From the NCBI GenBank assembly GCA_026982655.1, contig JALSGO010000083.1, positions 30-64,029 of the forward strand: a stretch of 64,000 nucleotides of DNA, written 5' to 3'. The stretch is from Candidatus Bipolaricaulota bacterium. GTDB taxonomy: Bacteria; Bipolaricaulota; Bipolaricaulia; RBG-16-55-9. The position numbers and the translations under genes are program-made. The notes beneath the pieces are model-generated. The model had not been told where the DNA came from. It searched no databases and saw nothing but the letters and a program-made list of their open reading frames with translations. Of the stretch, positions 18,564 through 27,191 are shown one piece after another (within the stretch, counting starts at the first letter, position 1; each line of letters begins with the position of its first letter).

Positions 18564-19047
18564 CCACGCGCTCGGCCTCGTGGGTTTCGGTGTCGTAGAG
18601 CGCGAAGGTGGAAGCCCCGAAGCGACCCATCACTTCCCCGGGGTTGATCAACAACGCGTTCCCCTCGCGCGAGAGGTGGAAGCGATGGTCGTGCCCGTAG
18701 CAGACGACGTCGTACTGCCCGGACTTCGCCAGGGCGCGCCCGATCTCGGGGAAGTGGGTCACCGCAAAGCGCTTCCCCCCTAACGAGAGCTCCGCGAACT
18801 CGCCGTGCAGCTTGACGTGCTCATAGCGCAGGGCCTGCTGCGCGATGCGGAAGGGGTCCCCGTCGTTGTTCCCGAAGACGATGTGGATCTCGCCCGAGAA
18901 GCCCTCGGCCAGCTGCGGAACGACGAAGGGCGCGCACAAGTCGCCGCAGCAGATCAGCGCTTCTGCGCCCCGCTTCCCGATCTCCTTCAGAACCTCCGAG
19001 AGCTTCCAGATGTTATCGTGGATGTCGGAGAGAATGACGATCTTCAC
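18556..19047 (-). CDS. Metallophosphoesterase, YfcE-like phosphodiesterase
   Basis: MKIVILSDIHDN ... GDL ... GNNDG ... GHDH ... metallophosphatase motifs. Confidence 0.85.
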   Translation of the reverse strand: MKIVILSDIHDNIWKLSEVLKEIGKRGAEALICCGDLCAPFVVPQLAEGFSGEIHIVFGNNDGDPFRIAQQALRYEHVKLHGEFAELSLGGKRFAVTHFPEIGRALAKSGQYDVVCYGHDHRFHLSREGNALLINPGEVMGRFGASTFALYDTETHEAERVDV

Positions 19048-19062
19048 GCCCTCACCTCCCCT

Positions 19063-19620
19063 TCAGTACTTGTACCCCTTCGCTTCCTCCTCGCTGAACT
19101 CGACGCCCAATCCCAAGGCCACGCGGTTTACGAAGTTGAAGTAGCTCACGATCAAGTTGGCTTGCAGGATCTCCTCGTCGGAGAAGCCGGCTTCCCTGAG
19201 GGTCTGAACGTCCTGCTCCGTCACGGACGAGGGCGATCGGGTGAGTTGGGCCGCGTACTCGACGATCGCCCGATCCTTCGGGGAGAGCTCGACTTGGCGG
19301 TAATCTTCAAGGAGCTTCTGCAGGCGCTCCTCGTCCTTCCAGTAGAAGTTGAGGGCTTCGGCGTGGTGGCGGGTGCAGTAGGCGCAGTCGTTGAGCACGG
19401 AGACGACCGTCGCGATCAGCTCCCGCTGCTCGCGGCGCAGCCCGCCGGGGCGGAACATGAGGGCTACGTAGAGCTCGAGGTGCTGCTGCATCGTCTCGGG
19501 CAGGAGGCTCTGCACCTTGAGGATGTTGGCCACCTTGCCCCGGGCTTCTCGAATTGCCTCGTAGATCCGGGCCAGATCCCCTTGGGCCTCGGGTTCGTCG
19601 ACGACGCGGATCCAGGGCAT
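19063..19620 (-). CDS. Carboxymuconolactone decarboxylase-family protein (peroxidase-related enzyme subfamily)
   Basis: 185 aa from MPWIRVVDEP; CxxC-containing CAYCTRHH core. Confidence 0.7.
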   Translation of the reverse strand: MPWIRVVDEPEAQGDLARIYEAIREARGKVANILKVQSLLPETMQQHLELYVALMFRPGGLRREQRELIATVVSVLNDCAYCTRHHAEALNFYWKDEERLQKLLEDYRQVELSPKDRAIVEYAAQLTRSPSSVTEQDVQTLREAGFSDEEILQANLIVSYFNFVNRVALGLGVEFSEEEAKGYKY

Positions 19621-19732
19621 CGTATGCACCCCTTCGATGGTACGCCGAGCGGGCAGCACGGGCAAGCGAGCGGCATGGGGAACGAACTTGTCTTTTCGCG
19701 AGCCAGCCGTTAAAGTTTCGCAGGAGGGTGCG

Positions 19733-20518
19733 ATGAGTACGAAGATCTTGTGGATCGTAGCGGCGGCGTTGGCAGTGCTGCTGGGCTTCCTCTGGATCTC
19801 CGGGGGCCGAGGCGGGGTGCAGTCGGCCGAGGAACCCGAGGGGGGGGAGGAGTACCCTCTCGCGGTCGCGGAGCTTGTGAACACGGAAGGGATGTTCGTG
19901 GGGATCGCGATCCTCACCGAGCTTCCCGAGGGCGTGCGGGTTCAGCTCAAGGCCGAGAGGCTCCCGCCGGGGGAGCACGCCCTCCACATCCACGAGACGG
20001 GGCGGTGCGAGCCGCCGGATTTCCGCAGCGCCGGGGGTCACTTCAACCCCTTCGGGAAGCGCCATGGGCTCAACAACCCCGAGGGGCCGCACGCAGGGGA
20101 CCTTCCCAACGTGACCGTGGACGAGGACGGCTCCCTGGATGTAGACCTCGTCGCGGAGGGGGTGACGCTCCGGCCCGGGGCGCAGAACTCGCTCTTCGAC
20201 GGGGACGGCTCGGCCTTGGTGATCCACGCCGGGCCCGACGATCTCAGGAGCGACCCGGCAGGGAACGCGGGGCCGCGGATCGCCTGCGGTGTGATCCAAC
20301 AACCGGAGTCCGGAAGCCACATAGACCTGTCTTCCCGCATGTCCTCCGGTAGAGGACAAGAAAGGAACACCGATGGGTGGAGCAGTAGCAGCAGTGCTCG
20401 GGCGTCGCAGGCACCTGCGGCTGGGGGCGTGGGTGTTCGCCCTCTTGGTCGGGTTGGTTTCTTCCTCGGTCGCGCAGATCTCCCCTCAGTCCCCGTCTTC
20501 GCTCAACATTTCTCTTAA
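19733..20518 (+). CDS. sodC: Cu/Zn superoxide dismutase with a signal anchor and a low-complexity C-terminal extension
   Basis: HALHIHETGRCE, GGHFNPFG, HAGDLPNV, ...RIACGVI motifs. The ORF continues about 65 codons past the usual C-terminus and overlaps the next gene by 146 nt. Confidence 0.8.
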   Translation: MSTKILWIVAAALAVLLGFLWISGGRGGVQSAEEPEGGEEYPLAVAELVNTEGMFVGIAILTELPEGVRVQLKAERLPPGEHALHIHETGRCEPPDFRSAGGHFNPFGKRHGLNNPEGPHAGDLPNVTVDEDGSLDVDLVAEGVTLRPGAQNSLFDGDGSALVIHAGPDDLRSDPAGNAGPRIACGVIQQPESGSHIDLSSRMSSGRGQERNTDGWSSSSSARASQAPAAGGVGVRPLGRVGFFLGRADLPSVPVFAQHFS

Positions 20519-21269
20519 CATCCCCTACTTTGCAGGCAAGGACTCCGATCCTCGAAGAAACGCGTTGGACATCTACGCGCAAGCGGGGGCGGAGGCGGCC
20601 CCGGTGCTCCTCTTCGTCCACGGCGGGGGGTGGACGAGCGGCGACAAGGGCACCTATGGCTACCTGGGGCGCTCCTTCGCCTCCCAGGGGTACGTGACCG
20701 TGATCCCCAACTACCGCCTGAGCCCCGAGGTGCAGCACCCGGTGCACGTCCGGGACGTCGCCCGCGCCGTGGCCTGGACCTACAACCGCATCGCCGACTA
20801 CGGCGGAGACCCCGAACGGATCGTCCTCATGGGCCACTCGGCCGGGGGGCATCTCGTCGCGCTGCTGGCCCTCGACGACCGCTACCTCCGCGAGCAGGGG
20901 CTCTCCCCCCGGATCCTCGACGGCGTGATCCCCATCAGCGGCGTCTACGACTTGACCGTGATCCCTGCCTTCACGGAGGTCTTTGGAAACAGCTTGGATC
21001 GCCGTCGTGACGCCTCCCCCCTCTACCACGCCCGGGAAGGGCGCCTCCCGTCCCTCCCCTGGCGAATCCTCTACGCCGAGGAGGACCTGCCCACCCTAGG
21101 GGAGCAAGCGGAAGACTTCTACCAAGCGCTCCGCTCCCGGGGGGCGAGAGCGGAGCTCTTCCGGATCCCAGGCCGGGACCATGAGACGATTATCTCGTTC
21201 CTCGGGCGCAATGCGGACCCGGCTACGCGGCTCGTCCTGGCGTTCCTGAAGGAGCAGATCGGTCCCTGA
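20373..21269 (+). CDS. Secreted alpha/beta hydrolase, HGGG-motif esterase/lipase family (paralog B)
   Basis: Same motifs as paralog A; signal peptide LRLGAWVFALLVGLVSSSVAQ; purine-rich RBS. Confidence 0.8.
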   Translation: MGGAVAAVLGRRRHLRLGAWVFALLVGLVSSSVAQISPQSPSSLNISLNIPYFAGKDSDPRRNALDIYAQAGAEAAPVLLFVHGGGWTSGDKGTYGYLGRSFASQGYVTVIPNYRLSPEVQHPVHVRDVARAVAWTYNRIADYGGDPERIVLMGHSAGGHLVALLALDDRYLREQGLSPRILDGVIPISGVYDLTVIPAFTEVFGNSLDRRRDASPLYHAREGRLPSLPWRILYAEEDLPTLGEQAEDFYQALRSRGARAELFRIPGRDHETIISFLGRNADPATRLVLAFLKEQIGP

Positions 21270-21283
21270 CCTGCGCGGAGGGG

Positions 21284-21302
21284 AACCCCCTACGAGGGGT
21301 TC
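21284..21302 (+). terminator. Hairpin AACCCCT-acg-AGGGGTT followed by TTC (terminator-like) after the esterase gene
   Basis: 7-bp perfect stem, 3-nt loop, short U-run; sits between the esterase stop and the hrcA promoter. Confidence 0.4.
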
Positions 21303-21347
21303 GCGACGTCTCCGCAGTCCGATCCGGAAGGCGAGATACGGCTTCGC

Positions 21348-21376
21348 TTGACAACTCCACGCCTCGCCGGTATCCT
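21348..21376 (+). promoter_or_regulatory. Sigma-A-type promoter of the hrcA operon (TTGACA - 17 nt - TATCCT)
   Basis: Consensus -35 and spacing; the CIRCE element lies 14 nt downstream. Confidence 0.55.
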
Positions 21377-21390
21377 TGGTGGCGCCCGTA

Positions 21391-21417
21391 TTAGCAGTCC
21401 TCCAAGGAGAGTGCTAA
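21391..21417 (+). promoter_or_regulatory. CIRCE operator (HrcA binding site): TTAGCAGTC-N9-GAGTGCTAA
   Basis: One mismatch to the consensus TTAGCACTC-N9-GAGTGCTAA; AGGAGA RBS within the spacer; immediately upstream of the hrcA GTG start. Confidence 0.85.
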
Positions 21418-21420
21418 CCC

Positions 21421-22473
21421 GTGGACGACCGGAAGCGCCTAGTGCTCAAAGCCATCGTCGATCACTACATCAAGACCGGACAACCCTTAAGCAGCCAGAC
21501 GCTGCTTAAGGAGTACGGCCTCGACGTCAGTTCCGCCACGATCCGCAACGACATGAAGGCGCTGGAGCGCGAGGGGCTGATCACCAAGGAGTACAGCTCC
21601 GCGGGGCGCGTCCCCACGGAGAAGGGGTTCCGCTTCTTCGTAGATTGGTTGGTAGAGCTCAGCGAGCTGACCCGTCCCGAGGAGCACGCGCTCATGGAGA
21701 GCTATCGCCTCCAGCGCCAGCCCTTGGAAGAACTCCTCAAACAGACGGCGCTCCTTCTGGCGGGTCTCAGCGGCTACGCCGGGTTCGTCCTCTCCCCCCG
21801 GCTGGAGGAGACCCGCCTCGAGTCCATCACGTGGGTGAAGCTCGACGAGGAGAGCGCTCTGGTCGTCATCTTATCGGAGCTGGGGATCGTGGAGCATCGA
21901 ATCCTGCCCACGTCCCTCTCCCAGGAGGAGCTCGAAGAAATTGGAAGATGGCTGAGCGAGCGGCTCCGAGGGCGCACCCTCAGCGAGGTGCGTGAAGAAG
22001 CCCAACGGTACGTGACGGAGGCGGGCGAGGGCTGGCACGACCCCCGCACCCAGAGCGCCTTCCAACTGCTGCGGAGCGCCCTCGAGCGGCGCTTGGAGCG
22101 GAGACTGTACACCGAGGGGCTCTTCAACCTCCTCCAGAAGCTCCTAGAGGAGGAGGTAGGACTCGCGGAAGTGCGGGACATCGTGCGGCTCCTCAGCGAG
22201 TCCGCCCGCTTCGGGGAGTATTTGGAATCCCAGATCGAGGACTCGAAGCTGCAGGTGCGCATCGGCTCCGAGAACTCTTTGCGGGAACTGCGACCGTGCA
22301 GCTTGGTCCTGATGGGCTACGGCTACTCCGGCGTGCTGGGGGTGCTCGGCCCCGTGCGCATGGACTACTCCAAGGCCTGCTCCATCACCCAGTACATCGG
22401 GAACCGCCTGGAGGCGATCCTCACGCTCAGCCGCCGCGCGCCCATGGAGGCCCCGGAGGTGAACCCGTCGTGA
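21421..22473 (+). CDS. hrcA: Heat-inducible transcription repressor HrcA
   Basis: N-terminal winged helix KRLVLKAIVDHYIKTGQPLSSQTLLKEYGLDVSSATIRNDMKALEREGLI; operon context with grpE-dnaK-dnaJ. Confidence 0.9.
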   Translation: MDDRKRLVLKAIVDHYIKTGQPLSSQTLLKEYGLDVSSATIRNDMKALEREGLITKEYSSAGRVPTEKGFRFFVDWLVELSELTRPEEHALMESYRLQRQPLEELLKQTALLLAGLSGYAGFVLSPRLEETRLESITWVKLDEESALVVILSELGIVEHRILPTSLSQEELEEIGRWLSERLRGRTLSEVREEAQRYVTEAGEGWHDPRTQSAFQLLRSALERRLERRLYTEGLFNLLQKLLEEEVGLAEVRDIVRLLSESARFGEYLESQIEDSKLQVRIGSENSLRELRPCSLVLMGYGYSGVLGVLGPVRMDYSKACSITQYIGNRLEAILTLSRRAPMEAPEVNPS

Positions 22474-23150
22474 GCGACACCGAGAAGGATCAACGCGAAC
22501 GCGAACGCGAGGCCGAGCAGCAGAGGGAGGCTCAGGTCCAGCAGGCGCAAGGGCAGCCCGACGCGGAAGCGCTCCGGAAGGAGCTTCAAGGGCTAAGACA
22601 GCAGTTGGAGGAGCGCGACCGGCAGCTCCAGGAGCTTACGGAGCGCCTCCGGCGCCTGCAGGCAGACTTCGACAACTACAAGAAGCGCGTCGAGCGCGAG
22701 CGGGAGGAGTTCGCCCGCATCGTCGAGGATCGGTTTCTGCTCAAGATCCTCCCGATCTACGACAACCTGGAGCGGGCCTTTCGCTCGTACGACCACAACA
22801 ACGACAAGGACTCGTTCATCGAGGGCATGGAGCGGATCTTCGCCCAGTTCCGCGAGTTCTTGAAGGGCGAGGGGGTCCAGCCCATCGAGGCGTTAGGGAA
22901 ACCGTTCGACCCCTTGCTCCACGAGGCGCTCCTCAGCGTCGAGACCGAGAACGATCCGCCCAACGTGGTGCTCGAGGAGTTCGAGCGGGGGTATCTCAGA
23001 GCGGAGCGGGTGCTGCGCCCCAGCCGCGTCAAGGTGAGCCGCAGGCCCGCCAAAGCCCCGACGCAGGGGACCGACGAGGAAGGCTCCGGATCGGGCGAGA
23101 GCGAAGGCCGGAGCGGGAACGGGAACGGGCAGGCGAAAGAGGAGGGATAG
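22470..23150 (+). CDS. grpE: Nucleotide exchange factor GrpE
   Basis: GTG start overlapping the hrcA stop (GTGA); LQADFDNYKKRVERE ... ILPIYDNLERA ... GrpE signature. Confidence 0.9.
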   Translation: MSDTEKDQREREREAEQQREAQVQQAQGQPDAEALRKELQGLRQQLEERDRQLQELTERLRRLQADFDNYKKRVEREREEFARIVEDRFLLKILPIYDNLERAFRSYDHNNDKDSFIEGMERIFAQFREFLKGEGVQPIEALGKPFDPLLHEALLSVETENDPPNVVLEEFERGYLRAERVLRPSRVKVSRRPAKAPTQGTDEEGSGSGESEGRSGNGNGQAKEEG

Positions 23151-23153
23151 GAG

Positions 23154-25043
23154 ATGGCCAAGGAGAAAGTGGTGGGCATCGATTTGGGCACGACGATGTC
23201 GGCCATCGCCATCGTCGAGGGAGGCCGACCGGAGATCATCCCCAACGCCGAGGGCGAGCGAATCACGCCCTCCGTGGTGGCGTTCACCGAGGACGGCGAG
23301 CGCCTGGTGGGTCGGCTGGCGCTGCGCCAGGCGATCACGAACCCCGAGCGCACCGTCATGGAGATCAAGCGTAAGATGGGGACCTCCCATCGTGTGAAGA
23401 TCCAGACGAACGCCTGGACCAAGGAGTTCTCCCCGGAGGAGATCTCCGCAATGATCCTCCAGAAGCTCAAGAAGGACGCGGAGGAGCGCTTGGGGCACCC
23501 CGTCAAGAAGGCCGTGATCACCTGTCCGGCCTACTTCGACAACACCCAGCGCCAGGCGACCAAGGACGCCGGGAAGATCGCCGGTCTGGAGGTGCTGAGG
23601 ATCATCAACGAGCCGACCGCCGCCGCGCTCGCCTACGGGCTCGACAAAGAAAAAGACCAGACGATCCTGGTGTACGACCTGGGAGGGGGGACCTTCGACG
23701 TCTCGATCCTCGAGATCGGGGAGGGCGTCTTCGAGGTCGTGGCCACCGGCGGGGACAACCAGCTCGGCGGCAAGGACTTCGACGAGCGGATCATGGACTG
23801 GCTCATCGAGGAGTTCAAGGAGGAGACGGGCATCGACCTGCGGAACGACGCCGCCGCGATGCAGCGCCTCAAGGAAGCCGCCGAGAACGCCAAGAAGGAG
23901 CTCTCCTCCAAGAAGGAGACGGTCATCCACCTCCCCTACATCACCGCGGACGCCAGCGGCCCCAAGCACCTCGAGAAGAAGCTCACCCGCGCCAAGCTCG
24001 AGAGCTTGATCGGCGACCTCCTCGAGCGCACGATCGACCTGCTGCACCAGACGCTCAAGGAAGCGAAGATGACCGAAAAAGACATCGACCAGATCGTGCT
24101 GGTGGGCGGGTCCACCCGGATCCCCAAGGTGCAGCAGCTCATCGAGGAGGCGATCCCGGGCAAGATCAACAAGGAGATCAACCCCGACGAGGTGGTCGCC
24201 CTGGGCGCGGCGCTCCAGGGGGCCGTCCTCTCCGGGGAGATCGACGAGATCGTGCTCTTAGATGTAACCCCCTTGACGCTCTCCGTCGAGACCCTGGGCG
24301 GGATCGCCACCCCCATCATCGAGAAGAACACCACCATCCCCTGCGAGAAGACGCGGGTCTTCACCACCGCCGAGGACGGGCAGACCACGGTGGACATCCA
24401 CATCGTCCAGGGGGAGCGCAAGCTCGCCAAGGACAACAAGAGCCTAGGGAGGTTTCAGCTCACGGGCATCCCGCCCGCGCCGCGGGGCGTGCCCCAGATC
24501 GAGGTGAAGTTCGCCATCGACGCCGACGGCATCCTCAACGTCACGGCCAAGGACCTGGGGACGGGCAAGTCCGCGAGCATCGTCATCAAGGAGACCTCGC
24601 GCCTGAGCGAGGAGGAGATCGAGCGGATGCGCAAGGAGGCGGAGGAGCACGCGGAGGAGGACCGCCGCCGGGTCGAGGAGATCGAGACCCGCAACCAAGC
24701 CGACCAACTCGTGTACATGACCGAGAAGAGCCTGAGAGAGTACGGCGACAAGGTGAGCGCCGCCACCCGCCAGAGCATCGAGGAGAAGCTCAAGGAGCTG
24801 AAGGAGCTGATCGAGAAGGAAGCGCCCGTCGCCGATCTGCGAAGGGCGATGGAGGAGCTGCGCCAGGCCTCGTTCGAGCTGGGCCAGCAGATCTATCAGC
24901 AACAGCAGCAGGCGGCCACCGCCGCGGCGGGGTCGACGGAGGCGAGCCCCGACGGCTCGGATGCCCAAGCCGAGGAGGCTGCCACGAAGACCGGCGGGTA
25001 CGTGGAAGCCGAGTACGAGAAGGACGACGAGGAGAAGAAGTGA
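23154..25043 (+). CDS. dnaK: Molecular chaperone DnaK (Hsp70)
   Basis: [43 protein letters not shown] and other Hsp70 signatures. Confidence 0.97.
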   Translation: MAKEKVVGIDLGTTMSAIAIVEGGRPEIIPNAEGERITPSVVAFTEDGERLVGRLALRQAITNPERTVMEIKRKMGTSHRVKIQTNAWTKEFSPEEISAMILQKLKKDAEERLGHPVKKAVITCPAYFDNTQRQATKDAGKIAGLEVLRIINEPTAAALAYGLDKEKDQTILVYDLGGGTFDVSILEIGEGVFEVVATGGDNQLGGKDFDERIMDWLIEEFKEETGIDLRNDAAAMQRLKEAAENAKKELSSKKETVIHLPYITADASGPKHLEKKLTRAKLESLIGDLLERTIDLLHQTLKEAKMTEKDIDQIVLVGGSTRIPKVQQLIEEAIPGKINKEINPDEVVALGAALQGAVLSGEIDEIVLLDVTPLTLSVETLGGIATPIIEKNTTIPCEKTRVFTTAEDGQTTVDIHIVQGERKLAKDNKSLGRFQLTGIPPAPRGVPQIEVKFAIDADGILNVTAKDLGTGKSASIVIKETSRLSEEEIERMRKEAEEHAEEDRRRVEEIETRNQADQLVYMTEKSLREYGDKVSAATRQSIEEKLKELKELIEKEAPVADLRRAMEELRQASFELGQQIYQQQQQAATAAAGSTEASPDGSDAQAEEAATKTGGYVEAEYEKDDEEKK

Positions 25044-25046
25044 GGG

Positions 25047-26156
25047 ATGGCGAAGAAGGACTACTACGAGATCCTCGGGGTCTCGCGCGACGCATCCCCA
25101 GAGGAGATCAAGCGGGCCTACCGCCGCTTGGCCAAGAAGTACCACCCCGACGTGGCCAAGGACGGCGGGAGCGCCGAGAAGTTCAAGGAGATCGCCGAGG
25201 CCTACGAGGTCTTGTCGGACCCGGAGAAGCGGGCCCAATACGATCGCTTCGGCCACGTGGGGCCGGAGCAGGGCTTCGACTTCGACGTGGGCGATTTCCG
25301 CCGGGCGCGCGAGACCTTCGAGGAGTTCTTCGGGTTCGGGAGCTGGGAGGACCTCTTCGACCTCTTCTTCGGGGAGGGCCCGAGCACCCGGACCCGGACC
25401 CGCAGACGCACCCGCGCCCGCCGCGGCGAGGACCTCGAGTACAAGCTGCGCCTGACCCTAGAGGACGCCGCGCAGGGGACGCGGGTGAAGGTGACGGTGC
25501 CCCGCTACGTGGCCTGCGACCGCTGCGGCGGGACGGGCCGTGAGCCCGGCACGGACGCCCGGATCTGCCCCACGTGCAACGGGGCCGGACAGGTCGAGTA
25601 CCGCCGCCGGACGATGCTGGGGAGCTTCGTCAACATCCAGACCTGCGGGCGCTGCGAGGGGACCGGCGAGATCATCGAGGAGCCCTGCACCCGCTGCGAC
25701 GGCAAGGGGAGGGTGTGGGAGCAGAGCCGCATCTCGATTAAAGTCCCGCCGGGGGTGGACACGGGCTCCCGCTTGAAGCTCACGGGCGAGGGGAACGCGG
25801 GACTCTACGGGGGCCCGCCGGGGGACCTCTACATCGTGGTAGAGCTTGCGCCCCACGACGTCTTCACCCGCCAGGGGGACGACCTCTACTGCGAGGTGCC
25901 CATCACCTTCCCGCAGGCCGCCTTGGGGGCCACCATCAAGGTCCCCACGCTCTTCGGGGAGGAGGAGCTGAAGATCCCGCCGGGGACGCAGTCGGGGGAG
26001 ACGTTCGTGCTCCGCGGCAAGGGGATTCCGCACCTTCGGGGCCGCGGACGCGGCGATCAGTACGTCACCGTCAAGGTCCAGACCCCCAAGCGGGTGACCC
26101 GCCGGGTGCGGAAACTCCTCGAGGAGCTGGATCAGGAGCTGCGGGAGCAGCAGTAG
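25047..26156 (+). CDS. dnaJ: Molecular chaperone DnaJ (Hsp40): J domain, G/F region, zinc finger CxxCxGxG x4
   Basis: KDYYEILGV...HPD J-domain; [32 protein letters not shown]. Confidence 0.95.
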   Translation: MAKKDYYEILGVSRDASPEEIKRAYRRLAKKYHPDVAKDGGSAEKFKEIAEAYEVLSDPEKRAQYDRFGHVGPEQGFDFDVGDFRRARETFEEFFGFGSWEDLFDLFFGEGPSTRTRTRRRTRARRGEDLEYKLRLTLEDAAQGTRVKVTVPRYVACDRCGGTGREPGTDARICPTCNGAGQVEYRRRTMLGSFVNIQTCGRCEGTGEIIEEPCTRCDGKGRVWEQSRISIKVPPGVDTGSRLKLTGEGNAGLYGGPPGDLYIVVELAPHDVFTRQGDDLYCEVPITFPQAALGATIKVPTLFGEEELKIPPGTQSGETFVLRGKGIPHLRGRGRGDQYVTVKVQTPKRVTRRVRKLLEELDQELREQQ

Positions 26157-26193
26157 CGCTACAGGGCGTCGTTTGCATCCCATGTTGCAGATG

Positions 26194-26222
26194 TTGCAGG
26201 ACCTCTTCTGTGACGGCATACT
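26194..26222 (+). promoter_or_regulatory. Putative promoter TTGCAG - 17 nt - CATACT, ending 6 nt before the ATG of the small ORF (near-leaderless transcript)
   Basis: Read from sequence; three TTGCA copies in the 72-nt dnaJ-ORF intergenic region. Confidence 0.35.
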
Positions 26223-26228
26223 CCGGGT

Positions 26229-26441
26229 ATGGACGTACGAGACCTGGCCGAAAGCGTGCTGCCCAGCGAGGTCTTCGCCATGGTCACCTTCGACCCGGAG
26301 ACCCAGGAGGTGGGCGTGCAGTACGGCTACGTACTGCTGAGCCTGCCCCGCGAGGACTTCGAAAGCTTCGTCGAGCTGCTCGTCCGGGCGGGAGAGCGGC
26401 TCGAGGGGGCGGAACCGGAAGGCCGAAGGAAGAAGGGATGA
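26229..26441 (+). CDS. Hypothetical small acidic protein (70 aa), co-oriented with the Rad52-like gene
   Basis: High-GC3 ORF; stop is 3 nt before the next start. Confidence 0.4.
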   Translation: MDVRDLAESVLPSEVFAMVTFDPETQEVGVQYGYVLLSLPREDFESFVELLVRAGERLEGAEPEGRRKKG

Positions 26442-26444
26442 ACG

Positions 26445-27191
26445 ATGGCCACCGCGAAGGAGAAGGGCGATCTGCTCTCCTCGGCTGCGCGGACGAAGGA
26501 ACCCCAAGAGCTAACGAAGGCGCCGAGCAGCCCCCTCACCCTCCGACAGATCGAGGAACTCAAGAAACCCCTCGACCCGAGCCGGGTGCTGCGCCGGGTG
26601 GGCTTCCGCGGCCAGCAGCTCGAGTATCTCCCCGTCCACGACGTCATCGAGACGGCCAACCGCATCTTCGGGTACGGGGGCTGGCAGCGGGAGATCCGGC
26701 GCCTCGAGAAGGTCTACGAGGACGAGACGGACGGCGTCTACAGCGTCGGGTACCTCTGCGAGTATCGAGTGCGGGTGGGGGACGTGGTCCACGAGGACGT
26801 GGGGTTTGGCTCCTCTTCGAATCAACCCGACCCGGCCCAGGCCCACGAGATGGCGGTAAAAGCCGCCGTCTCCGACGCGCTCAAGCGCTGCTTTCGGGCC
26901 TTCGGCGATCAGTTCGGGCTGAGCTTATATCGCAAGCACGAGATTGAGGAGGGCCCCGCAGGCGGGGTGCGCACCGCCACCGACGCCCAAGTGGGCAGGC
27001 TGCGCAAGTCGCTCCGGACCCACGGCCTCCAGGAGGGCGACCTCCTGGAGTACATCAACGCCAAGATGGGGACGGACTACGCCCGCCTCTCGGACCTGCC
27101 CCTCAAGGTCGCCAGCCGCGCGATCGAGCGCTTCACCAAGGAAGGGGAGGCCTTCGCCGCCGAGATCCGCGAGATCGCCCAGGCGAAATAA
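26445..27191 (+). CDS. Rad52/22-family single-strand annealing protein (DdrA-like)
   Basis: FGYGGWQREI ... HEDVGFGSSSN ... AVKAAVSDALKRCFRAFGDQFGLSLY: close match to the Rad52 N-terminal signature (FGYNGW ... HEDVGYG ... [24 protein letters not shown]). Confidence 0.75.
   Translation: MATAKEKGDLLSSAARTKEPQELTKAPSSPLTLRQIEELKKPLDPSRVLRRVGFRGQQLEYLPVHDVIETANRIFGYGGWQREIRRLEKVYEDETDGVYSVGYLCEYRVRVGDVVHEDVGFGSSSNQPDPAQAHEMAVKAAVSDALKRCFRAFGDQFGLSLYRKHEIEEGPAGGVRTATDAQVGRLRKSLRTHGLQEGDLLEYINAKMGTDYARLSDLPLKVASRAIERFTKEGEAFAAEIREIAQAK

Noticed and set aside
26210-26947. 245-aa Gly/Arg-rich ORF overlapping the small ORF and the rad52-like gene
   Set aside because: It has low-complexity composition and is out of frame with a gene that has a strong Rad52 signature.
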